From contig CAYVGJ010000002.1 in assembly GCA_964451165.1 (NCBI GenBank), positions 97,338-161,337 of the forward strand: a DNA stretch of 64,000 bases. Direction: 5' to 3'. The stretch is from an uncultured bacterium (GTDB taxonomy: Bacteria; Auribacterota; Auribacteria; Auribacterales; Auribacteraceae). A program made the translations under genes and the position numbers. The stretch's first letter is position 1, and the number at the start of each line of letters is the position of its first letter. The notes beneath the pieces were generated by a model. That model made no database searches, was not told where the DNA came from, and saw nothing but the letters and a program-made list of their open reading frames with translations. This document shows, in pieces, positions 22,087 to 30,783 of the stretch.

Positions 22087-22650
22087 TTAATTCGCCAATA
22101 TGCTTTGGGCGATAGAATAATAAAAAGTTTCTTTTTTATCTGCGGGCATATTATCGGCCATAAGAACTGCCGAGTATAATTTATGAGAAAAATTAAGTTT
22201 GCTTAAATAATAGTTCATTTGTCTTGCTGAAAACAAATATCCTCTATATATAAATGCTGTTACCCCTTGAAGCAGGATTCCCGCTACCGTAGATATAATT
22301 ACCAGAACAGTACTTTCAATAATGTAATTCGATACTATTATTCCGCTAATAATCAGGACAAATCCGAAAAAGGATATCAATAAAGACATCCGCAAAGATT
22401 TGAAGGCCAATCTTTTGTTTATGATCGAATATTCTTTTAATTCGGCAATGTAATGCTCATAGGATTTTAAAAAATCGCCTCTATTTCCTTCAATCTGTTT
22501 AATAAATACATCGAGTTCTTTAAGAACATTCTCTTCTTCTTTTTTCGATACTTTTTTACTCATGAAAAATAATGAAAATGTAAAAATAGATGCCAGAACT
22601 AAACTTATTATCAATATCGAAATCAAATTTGTAATGTTGGCGATTTCCAT
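22087..22650 (-). CDS. Hypothetical membrane protein (about 4 TM)
   Basis: ORF with hydrophobic segments. No family was recognised. Confidence 0.35.
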   Translation of the reverse strand: MEIANITNLISILIISLVLASIFTFSLFFMSKKVSKKEEENVLKELDVFIKQIEGNRGDFLKSYEHYIAELKEYSIINKRLAFKSLRMSLLISFFGFVLIISGIIVSNYIIESTVLVIISTVAGILLQGVTAFIYRGYLFSARQMNYYLSKLNFSHKLYSAVLMADNMPADKKETFYYSIAQSILAN

Positions 22651-22708
22651 ATTATTTATCCTTATATGTGACGTTTAAATTTATAATGCACAAAGTATAT
22701 ATGTAATG

Positions 22709-24544
22709 TCAATCGCTTTTTGACGTTCGCGAATGTATGTTTTCAATTAACTCAGCGGCTTTTCTATAATGAGGGTTAATCTCAAGGGACTTATATAAAT
22801 ATTTCAGTGCTTCCTGTGTGTTGTTTAACTGTAAATATATTACGCCGAGATTGAAATAACCCATATGGCTTTCAGGGTTCAAGGATATGGCGGATCTGAA
22901 ATTTGCTATTGATTCATCAATCAATTCTTTTTTCCTGTAAAGAAATCCAAGAAAAATATATCCTCTCTCAGATGGATAAAGCGATATGGCTTTCTTGCAT
23001 TCGTTTATCGCTAAATCTATATCGTTTGTCTGAAACGGCGATAATGTTGAAGATGGAATAATGTATTTGAATTTATTGTTGTCTATAATCGATTTATTTT
23101 TCTCATTGTTTCTCAAATAAACCAGCGAGTTGTCATCCCAGAAAACAAGTGACCAGCCGGGATTGTATGCGATTGGTTGTATAGGATCATCCGGAGCTCT
23201 TCTAAATACAACGTAATTGGCGATTATAATATCGATATTATATTTATCGAGATATTTTTCAAAACCGGGTTTTGCCTCAGCAATATTTTCGTATGCCATT
23301 GTTGTCTCGCCTGCGGCTTCAGGCACTCTGCCATCAATGAATACTTTGTAATCCGGATACAGGTTATACGACAGGTACCCGCCCCATTCCCTGAAATTCA
23401 CTATTTTGCCTTCGGGTTTAAATCTTTTCATAAATGATATCACGCCTTCAGGATACATTTTTTTCTCAATACCCAATTTGAAAAGAAGGTTTCTTGAATA
23501 TGCGCCATAAGTAAAAAAAATCAGGAACGATAATAATAAGAGAGCGGGGATGAACTTTAATGATTCAGGAAACCTAAATTTAATCGTTTCTCTCAAGTTC
23601 GGCAAAAGCGATACCATGGTAAAGGCAACGCAAACAGCTGAATAATATTCAAACCTGATTTTTGTTATTGCCATAAAAGTGAAAACAATAAAAGGAAGAA
23701 AAACAGAAAAATTTATTTTCCGGATATTCATTATGGAAATAAAGAAAACAGTTCCCGTAAGAACGATATAAAACCTTGACTTGGAAATTATGATTGGCGC
23801 CCATTCGGAATTTCTTCCGATATATAAATTTGAGTGAGCAAATGAAAATATATGCGTATATATACTGTAAAAATAAGGGTTTACGAAAGTTACAACGAAA
23901 GAAATTAAGAAAACAGAAACAAGATTAAGATCTAATTTTCTTGTTTTTAGATTATCAATAAAATAACCGGTTGTGTACGTTAATAACAGTATTATACCTG
24001 TTAAAAATTCTCCGTGAAGATTAACCCATATCAAAAAAATGAATGGAATAATATATAATAATTTACGGTTAAATGTGTTAGAATAGCCTATCAAAATAAA
24101 AAATAAAATAGGGAACAACATAAACGAAAAAATTAAAGTCCGGCATGAAATCAATCTGTCGGAAACGCAAATAAAAACAAAAAAGCTCAAAAACGCGGAC
24201 CAAAAAATATTTCCGGACAATCTAAAGATCGAACCGAAAATAAAAATAAAAGCTGTCATAATTATGGCTGTTTTAAGGAAAATCACTCCATTAATACCGA
24301 AAAAATGGTTGGTTTTGAAAAAAATTATTGTTGCTAACCATGAATGAATAGTCCATGGATTATGCTGAGGAGAGTTTAGAAAAATATCTTTAGCTGGAAT
24401 GGAATGTGTTTTGATGATATATTCAGCTGTTTTTAGGTGTAACCAGAAATCGTCATCTTTAATTGTGGAAATATTCCATCCTGTTATAAGTATGAATAAA
24501 ACAATGATAAGAACTGTATATAAACAAATTTTAAAAAATTTCAT
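22709..24544 (-). CDS. Polytopic membrane protein with C-terminal TPR repeats (GT-C/PMT-TMTC-like putative glycosyltransferase)
   Basis: About 11 TM helices in the first ~430 aa. An acidic first loop (IKDDDFWLHLKTAEY). The C-terminal ~130 aa have TPR repeats (AISLYPSERGYIFLGFLYRKKEL..., AISLNPESHMGYFNLGVIYLQL..., ALKYLYKSLEINPHY). Confidence 0.45.
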   Translation of the reverse strand: MKFFKICLYTVLIIVLFILITGWNISTIKDDDFWLHLKTAEYIIKTHSIPAKDIFLNSPQHNPWTIHSWLATIIFFKTNHFFGINGVIFLKTAIIMTAFIFIFGSIFRLSGNIFWSAFLSFFVFICVSDRLISCRTLIFSFMLFPILFFILIGYSNTFNRKLLYIIPFIFLIWVNLHGEFLTGIILLLTYTTGYFIDNLKTRKLDLNLVSVFLISFVVTFVNPYFYSIYTHIFSFAHSNLYIGRNSEWAPIIISKSRFYIVLTGTVFFISIMNIRKINFSVFLPFIVFTFMAITKIRFEYYSAVCVAFTMVSLLPNLRETIKFRFPESLKFIPALLLLSFLIFFTYGAYSRNLLFKLGIEKKMYPEGVISFMKRFKPEGKIVNFREWGGYLSYNLYPDYKVFIDGRVPEAAGETTMAYENIAEAKPGFEKYLDKYNIDIIIANYVVFRRAPDDPIQPIAYNPGWSLVFWDDNSLVYLRNNEKNKSIIDNNKFKYIIPSSTLSPFQTNDIDLAINECKKAISLYPSERGYIFLGFLYRKKELIDESIANFRSAISLNPESHMGYFNLGVIYLQLNNTQEALKYLYKSLEINPHYRKAAELIENIHSRTSKSD

Positions 24545-24682
24545 GGATTTTAGTATATATTTGAATTATGTTTTTTTATTTAAAACTTTGTCTAAAAGAT
24601 AATATCTAAATTTAATTATAAATTTCAAAACATAATTTTATGTTTTGTAAAATAATCGGATTTTTTAAGAAAAAGGTGATTT

Positions 24683-27418
24683 ATGAATTTGAAAAAATGT
24701 GTTTTGCTTGTCGCGGCTATATTATTTATTTCAGGTCCGGTATTTTCCAAAGGTGGAGACTCAGATCATGGTATTTCATTGGAAGATTTAAGAGTTCCTG
24801 ACATTAAATTCGATGAAAATCAAATTAAATATGTCGATAAAGTTTTGCCATCGCTTGAAGGCGAATATTTTGTAAAATTAAATTCAGGATTGACCTTATT
24901 GGTTAAAGAGATAGATTTTTCACCCGTTGTATCATGCCGGGTGACAATAAAGGCCGGTTCAATATTTGAAGGCAAATACCTGGGATGCGGGATATCTCAT
25001 TACCTGGAACATATTATTTCCGGCGGAAGCACTGAATTAAGGTCTGAAACCGACAATAACAAAATATTAAAAGAAATCGGAAATGCGAGCAACGCGTCGA
25101 CCAGTTACGATCACACTACCTTTTTTATAGATACAACTGCACAACACTGGGAAAAAGCTGTAAACCTTCTATATTCATATATCGCCAAATGCAAATTCGA
25201 TGAATCGGAAGTGCAAAGAGAAAAAAACGTGATTCTTCAGGAACTTAGAATGAAAGAAAACGAACCGCCAGACAGGTTATGGCAACTATTTGTCTCAACC
25301 GCATACCAGACAGATCCGCTAAGGTATCCGATAATAGGTTATGAGGAATTATTTAAAAATCTGAAGAGAGAAGATCTGGTTAATTATTACAACGAGAGGT
25401 ATCAACCTCAAAACGTGGTTTTTTCTGTTGTAGGCAATATTGATGGAATCAAAGTTATAAATGAACTGATAAACATAACAAAAGATTTTTTACCGAAACA
25501 GGAATTCAGTTATCCACTTATAGCTGAGAACAAGCAGATATCTCCTCGCTGGGCGCAGCAAGTTCATCCGGCATCGAGATTGCCTGCGATGCTGATGGGG
25601 TTCCCTTCAGTATCGATATTTGAGAAAGATCTTTATCCGCTTGATGTCTTAGCGATAATTCTTGGTGATGGACGGACATCAAGGTTGTATAAATCGCTCA
25701 AAGATCAAAAACAACTTGTTCTGTCGGTAAATACATTAAGTTGGACACCATTTACCGGAAAAGGGCAGTTCATTTTCATGCTTGATCTCGATTATAAAAA
25801 TATCGAGCCAACTATTGCGGCAATCAGGGAAGAAATACAAACAATTCAAAATGAAGGTGTGTCACAAAAAGAACTCGAAAGGGCAAAACGAAAAGTTGTA
25901 GCCGAACATATATTCAGCAATCAGAAAACAAGTTCCATATCTTCCGATATGTCATATTGTTTTTTAATAAATGAAGACCCGCATTTTTCGGAAAGATATA
26001 TCGCGCAAATAAAAGAAGTGACATCGGATGATCTGAAAAGAGTCGCGGGAGAATACTTTGATTTCAATAAAAAAACAGTGGCGATAGTAAAACCGCAAGA
26101 AACAAAAGACACAGTAACAACAAGTTCGCAGAAAAAAAGAAGCGAATCCGAAATAGAAAAGATAACTCTCCCTAATGGAGTCAGAATATTGCTGAAAACA
26201 AGCTCGGAGTATCCTCTTGTTGATTATAAATTATTTTTAAACGGCGGTTTACGTTTCGAAAATGAAAATGAATCCGGTGTAAGTAACTTTATGGCGAATA
26301 TGATAACCCGGGGAACAAAAAAACGGACAAAACAACAGATCTCGGAGTTGATAGAAAACATTGGAGGTGCTCTTTCATGCAGTTCGGCAAATAATACTGT
26401 TTCCATCGAATGCTCTGTTTTGTCGGATGATGTAAATACTGGCTATGACGTATTTTCAGATGTAATTCTCAATCCGGATTTTCCAAAAGATGAAATGGAA
26501 AAACTGCGAAAAGAAATTCTTCTTACATTGGAAAAACTTGATGAATCATGGGAAACAGAAATAATGAGATTTCTCGCTAAGAATTTCTATAAGAACCATC
26601 CTTACAGGAATGATATTTTGGGTACAAAAGAATTTGTTTCAAAAGCCGATAGAGGCGATTTGATGAATTTTTACGATAGAATTTTTGTTCCTAAAAATAT
26701 GGTTATCGCGGTATTCGGCAATTTCGACAAAGATAAAATGATTAAAAAACTAAAAGATACTTTCGGGAATCTCAAATCGAAACCACTTGTAAAACCTGAT
26801 ATAAAACCGGAATTCGGCGAAAACTTAAAAGGCGATACAAAAATCGAGAAAATAAGCGATAAGTATTCCGTTTCCATAATGATCGGGTATAAAGGCATGA
26901 GTGTTTTTGACAAAGATAAACCTGCCCTTGATGTGCTCGATTCAGTAATATCTGGTATCGGATATCCATCAGGTTGGTTGCAGGAGAGTTTACGGGGAAA
27001 CGATTCCTCATTGGTTTATATGGTTCATGCTTTTCCGCAATACGGGATCGATGGAGGTTATTTTGCTATTATGAGCCAGACTACGTCTGAAAATTATGAT
27101 AAAGTTATGGGCATAATAAATAAATGCATCAATAAAGCTAAAACGGAAGGTATTACTAAAGCGGAACTTGATACAGGTAAAAACATATGTGTCACAATGA
27201 TGGAAATGGGGCTGGAAACCATGAATAGACAGGCTTATAATGCCGCGTTAAATGAATCTATCGGGCTTGGCTATGACTATACTCAAAAATATCTGGAAGC
27301 AATAAAAAAAGTCACAAAAGAAGATGTGGATAATGCCGCAAAAAAATATTTTGCGAATAGTTTAACCGTGACCGTATTCCCGAAAGATTATAAGAAAAGC
27401 GATAAATCCTCAAAATAG
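24683..27418 (+). CDS. Secreted M16-family (pitrilysin/insulinase-like) zinc peptidase with tandem M16 units
   Basis: A signal peptide. The inverted zinc motif HxxEH (GISHYLEHIISGGS) in the first unit. A second M16-like half (residues ~480-900) lacks the motif, as is typical of a non-catalytic partner half. Confidence 0.75.
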   Translation: MNLKKCVLLVAAILFISGPVFSKGGDSDHGISLEDLRVPDIKFDENQIKYVDKVLPSLEGEYFVKLNSGLTLLVKEIDFSPVVSCRVTIKAGSIFEGKYLGCGISHYLEHIISGGSTELRSETDNNKILKEIGNASNASTSYDHTTFFIDTTAQHWEKAVNLLYSYIAKCKFDESEVQREKNVILQELRMKENEPPDRLWQLFVSTAYQTDPLRYPIIGYEELFKNLKREDLVNYYNERYQPQNVVFSVVGNIDGIKVINELINITKDFLPKQEFSYPLIAENKQISPRWAQQVHPASRLPAMLMGFPSVSIFEKDLYPLDVLAIILGDGRTSRLYKSLKDQKQLVLSVNTLSWTPFTGKGQFIFMLDLDYKNIEPTIAAIREEIQTIQNEGVSQKELERAKRKVVAEHIFSNQKTSSISSDMSYCFLINEDPHFSERYIAQIKEVTSDDLKRVAGEYFDFNKKTVAIVKPQETKDTVTTSSQKKRSESEIEKITLPNGVRILLKTSSEYPLVDYKLFLNGGLRFENENESGVSNFMANMITRGTKKRTKQQISELIENIGGALSCSSANNTVSIECSVLSDDVNTGYDVFSDVILNPDFPKDEMEKLRKEILLTLEKLDESWETEIMRFLAKNFYKNHPYRNDILGTKEFVSKADRGDLMNFYDRIFVPKNMVIAVFGNFDKDKMIKKLKDTFGNLKSKPLVKPDIKPEFGENLKGDTKIEKISDKYSVSIMIGYKGMSVFDKDKPALDVLDSVISGIGYPSGWLQESLRGNDSSLVYMVHAFPQYGIDGGYFAIMSQTTSENYDKVMGIINKCINKAKTEGITKAELDTGKNICVTMMEMGLETMNRQAYNAALNESIGLGYDYTQKYLEAIKKVTKEDVDNAAKKYFANSLTVTVFPKDYKKSDKSSK

Positions 27419-27427
27419 AATGAAAAT

Positions 27428-27805
27428 ATGGATTCGAAAAGAATATTAATAGAAAAAATATTAAAAAAACTTTCTAATTCTCCTTTTCGAAAAAGATTCG
27501 TACTTGGCACAAATGATATAATATATTATAATTCTAAAGGTTATGATGTAATTAAAGAACATGCGTGCCATTTTGTAAGAGAGAGAATTGCGCCTGAAAA
27601 AATAGTAAATGACGGTAAACAGACACCGATGAAAAAACATCCTGTATTTATTGCTCAGCACGCTACTGCGACCTGTTGCAGGGGATGTATAGAAAAATGG
27701 CATGGAATAGAAAAAAATAAACAACTCAACGAAGATGAAATTAATTATATTGTGGATATTATAATGTTATGGATACTTACCCGGATAAAAACTTGCCCGA
27801 ATTAA
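27428..27805 (+). CDS. DUF4186-like small protein
   Basis: ...VFIAQHATATCCRGCIEKWHGIEKNKQL... matches my recollection of the conserved core of DUF4186 (about 120 aa). Confidence 0.4.
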   Translation: MDSKRILIEKILKKLSNSPFRKRFVLGTNDIIYYNSKGYDVIKEHACHFVRERIAPEKIVNDGKQTPMKKHPVFIAQHATATCCRGCIEKWHGIEKNKQLNEDEINYIVDIIMLWILTRIKTCPN

Positions 27806-28170
27806 ATAATGCAATTGATTTGAAATTGATTTTCGACGAAATCAATCGGAACTATTTCGATAATAAACTTGAATGCAGGGTGATTTTCGGCAGGAAATAT
27901 CATTCGCCGCGCACAAGATGTATCAGGCTTGGAAGTTTCAATTGTGCCACAAATACAATACGAATCAACCCGGATCTGAATGATCTCGATATCCCCCATT
28001 TTTTGATAAAGTATATTATGTACCATGAAATGACTCACGCATGGTGTTATCAGAATCATTCCCGCCTTCGCCACAGAGGGCCATTTCAGCTTAAGGAAAA
28101 AGAATTTACTGATTTTAAAATCGCGCGGAAATGGTTGAGGGATAATAAAAAACTTTTTTTCAAGAGGTAA
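27769..28170 (+). CDS. SprT-like zinc metalloprotease domain protein
   Basis: The SprT-like layout: FDEINRNYFDNKLE..., then HExxH (YIMYHEMTHAW). It overlaps the upstream gene by 37 nt. Confidence 0.55.
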   Translation: MDTYPDKNLPELNNAIDLKLIFDEINRNYFDNKLECRVIFGRKYHSPRTRCIRLGSFNCATNTIRINPDLNDLDIPHFLIKYIMYHEMTHAWCYQNHSRLRHRGPFQLKEKEFTDFKIARKWLRDNKKLFFKR

Positions 28171-28172
28171 AA

Positions 28173-28973
28173 ATGAATATTGTGTCGGCAAGCAGGCGAA
28201 CAGATATACCTGCTTTTTACGCGCAATGGTTTATGGATGGTTTAAAAAGAGGGGCGATCGAGTTTATTCATCCGTATTCAGGGCAACGATTGAATGTATC
28301 TTTAAAACCAAACGACGTTATCGCTTTTGTTTTCTGGTCAAAAAATTTCTGCGGGTTTATCGATCATCTCGAGTGGATCAGAAAAGATTATGCATGCGTA
28401 TTTCATTACACGATAAATGAATATCCTCTTGAAATAGAAGGCAATATACCGCTTCTTACCAGAAGGTTGGATTCGTTTAAAAAAATATCGGATATGTTTT
28501 CGCCTGATAACATTATTTGGCGGTATGATCCTATATTATTAACAAAAAATTTCAATATGGATTATCATCTCGCAAAATTTACTGAAATTTCAGGTATTCT
28601 CAAAGGATACACTAAAAAATGCTACACAAGTTTTGTTCAGCTTTACGGAAAGAATAAGGTAATCCTTAGAAATTCAGGAGTAGACGAAAATGAGTCCCAA
28701 AATACAATAAAACTTGATCTAATTAGCAAACTAAAAGGTATTTGTGAATCAAATACGATGGAATTGCTTAATTGTTGTTATCCTTTGCTCAAAGAAGCGG
28801 GTGTGCCTTCCGGAAGCTGTATAGACAAGAAATTGATAGAAAAAATAACAGGTTTAAACCTTAAAGAAATAAAAAAAGCGCCGACAAGAAAATCGTGCGG
28901 ATGTTATAAAAGTATAGATATTGGGACATATTCCACCTGCAAGGGCAAATGTCTTTACTGTTACGCACGATGA
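28173..28973 (+). CDS. DUF1848-like protein with a C-terminal Cys cluster that includes a CxxxCxxC
   Basis: The N-terminus SASRRTDIPAFYAQWFMDGL...VIAFVFWSKN...IIWRYDPI matches my recollection of DUF1848. The C-terminus is ...CGCYKSIDIGTYSTCKGKCLYCYAR (C-x3-C-x2-C). Confidence 0.5.
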   Translation: MNIVSASRRTDIPAFYAQWFMDGLKRGAIEFIHPYSGQRLNVSLKPNDVIAFVFWSKNFCGFIDHLEWIRKDYACVFHYTINEYPLEIEGNIPLLTRRLDSFKKISDMFSPDNIIWRYDPILLTKNFNMDYHLAKFTEISGILKGYTKKCYTSFVQLYGKNKVILRNSGVDENESQNTIKLDLISKLKGICESNTMELLNCCYPLLKEAGVPSGSCIDKKLIEKITGLNLKEIKKAPTRKSCGCYKSIDIGTYSTCKGKCLYCYAR

Positions 28974-28982
28974 AAGGGAATT

Positions 28983-30044
28983 ATGGCAAAAACAGATTTT
29001 GTTATACCAATTTTTATTCCTCATGATGGTTGCCCATTTCAATGTATTTTCTGCAACCAGAACAGTATAACCGGAACCAACAGTTCACCGGGTGAAAACG
29101 AAGTCAGGAATATAATAGAGAACTATCTTACCACTATTTCCAACAGGTCAAAAAGAGTTTATATCGGTTTTTACGGTGGAAGTTTTACAGGTATAGACAG
29201 GAAACTTCAGGAAAAGTATCTGAGTATTGCTTCACAATATGTAAAAAGCGGAATAATAAATGGAATACGTTTATCAACAAGGCCGGATTTCATTAACGAT
29301 GAAATACTTTCATTTCTAAAAGATCATGGAGTTTCTCAAATTGAGCTTGGAATTCAATCGTTTGATGATGATGTACTGCGAATATCAAAACGAGGTTATA
29401 CATCAATACAAGCGATAGACGCATCTATTCTTATAAGAAGACGAGGCTTTTTGCTTGGTCACCAGATGATGGTTGGTTTACCCGGAGATTCGTGGAACAA
29501 AACAGTTTTGAGCGCGCTTACATCGATAAATTTAAATCCCGATATGGTTCGGGTATATCCATTGCTGGTTATGAAGGATACTCCTCTTGCGCAAATGACA
29601 GACTATAAACCGTTGTCTTTTGATGAAGCGATTGAGCGCGCAAGATTCCTTGTAGAGTTATATGATAAAAATAATATAAAGATTCTCAGAGTAGGATTAC
29701 ATCCTCCAAAAGACGCATCAAATATATTGGATGGCCCATACCACCCGGCATTTAAATTTGTTGTGAAATCACGAATCTGGGGCGCTTTTTTAAGAAAAAT
29801 ATCGGGATGTGAAGGCAGAAATCCAGATCAGATATTTGTGTCCGAGGAAAATTATGATTTTTTGATTGGATATAAAAGCGAAAACACAAAGTTTCTACCT
29901 CCAAAACAAAAAATAATTAAATCTTCATGGATTGAGCCGGATCATCTTTTGGTTAAATTCGGGGATAAATCAAAATTTTTATCCAGGCTGAAGTTCAGAG
30001 ACGATTATTTGTATTTTAAAATATCAGATCATTTATGGGATTAA
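28983..30044 (+). CDS. Radical SAM protein (ELP3/HemN-like superfamily), function unknown
   Basis: A CxxxCxxC near the N-terminus (FIPHDGCPFQCIFCNQ), a GGSFTG glycine-rich SAM motif, and a TIM-barrel-like length (353 aa). Confidence 0.65.
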   Translation: MAKTDFVIPIFIPHDGCPFQCIFCNQNSITGTNSSPGENEVRNIIENYLTTISNRSKRVYIGFYGGSFTGIDRKLQEKYLSIASQYVKSGIINGIRLSTRPDFINDEILSFLKDHGVSQIELGIQSFDDDVLRISKRGYTSIQAIDASILIRRRGFLLGHQMMVGLPGDSWNKTVLSALTSINLNPDMVRVYPLLVMKDTPLAQMTDYKPLSFDEAIERARFLVELYDKNNIKILRVGLHPPKDASNILDGPYHPAFKFVVKSRIWGAFLRKISGCEGRNPDQIFVSEENYDFLIGYKSENTKFLPPKQKIIKSSWIEPDHLLVKFGDKSKFLSRLKFRDDYLYFKISDHLWD

Positions 30045-30048
30045 GGCA

Positions 30049-30783
30049 ATGAAAAACAAAGGTATGGTTCTTGTAAGCAGTGATTTCCCATCAGCGATGA
30101 AGAACTGTCTCGTATCTGATGGGTGGGAGGCTGTCAATGTCCCGTTTTGCGATCAGGTTATGCCTTCAATAGGAGGACATCCGGAACTTCAGGTATTCGT
30201 TATTGATCAACAGGAAATTATCGTTCACCCTGATATTCCTAATTCATTTCTTGAGACAATTAAGAGAAAATTCTCGCGCATTATTGTTGGCAACAAACAT
30301 TTGTCTAAAGAATACCCATATGATATTGCTTATAATGGAAAGATAATAGGAGATACTTTCTTTCATAAACTTGAAAATACCGATCCGATATTGCTAAAAA
30401 GTTTGACTCTTGCGGGTTATGAGTTTGCCGATGTAAATCAGGGTTATAGCGGATGTTCTATACTCAATATAGGAAATGAAGCTTTGATTACAGCAGATGC
30501 AGGGATTGCTCAATCAGCTGATATACTTGGTTTTGATGTTTTGCTGATAACACCTGGATCTATCGATTTACACGGTTTAAACTACGGGTTTATCGGAGGT
30601 GCCTGCGCATGGGATGGTCTCGAGACAGTTTATTTTTGCGGTAACGTAAAACATCATCCTGACGGCGCAAAGATAACCGAATTTATTCATCAATTCGGAT
30701 ACAAGACAGTCAATTTGAGTGAAAACAGATTAACTGATTACGGATCTCTTTTATTTATCGCGAATAATCATAGTATCTTGTAA
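30049..30783 (+). CDS. Hypothetical protein, possibly pentein-fold (amidinotransferase/DDAH/arginine-deiminase-like)
   Basis: The near-C-terminal GFIGGACAWDG resembles the GGG-x-(H)C catalytic Cys motif of pentein enzymes, and GHPELQ lies upstream. This rests on weak motif-level similarity only. Confidence 0.3.
   Translation: MKNKGMVLVSSDFPSAMKNCLVSDGWEAVNVPFCDQVMPSIGGHPELQVFVIDQQEIIVHPDIPNSFLETIKRKFSRIIVGNKHLSKEYPYDIAYNGKIIGDTFFHKLENTDPILLKSLTLAGYEFADVNQGYSGCSILNIGNEALITADAGIAQSADILGFDVLLITPGSIDLHGLNYGFIGGACAWDGLETVYFCGNVKHHPDGAKITEFIHQFGYKTVNLSENRLTDYGSLLFIANNHSIL

Noticed and set aside
24545-24682. 9-bp inverted repeat AAAACATAA-tt-TTATGTTTT in the divergent intergenic region upstream of the M16 peptidase gene, as an operator
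   Set aside because: It is a short, AT-only palindrome in an AT-rich intergenic region. It is likely to arise by chance, so it is not reported as a finding.
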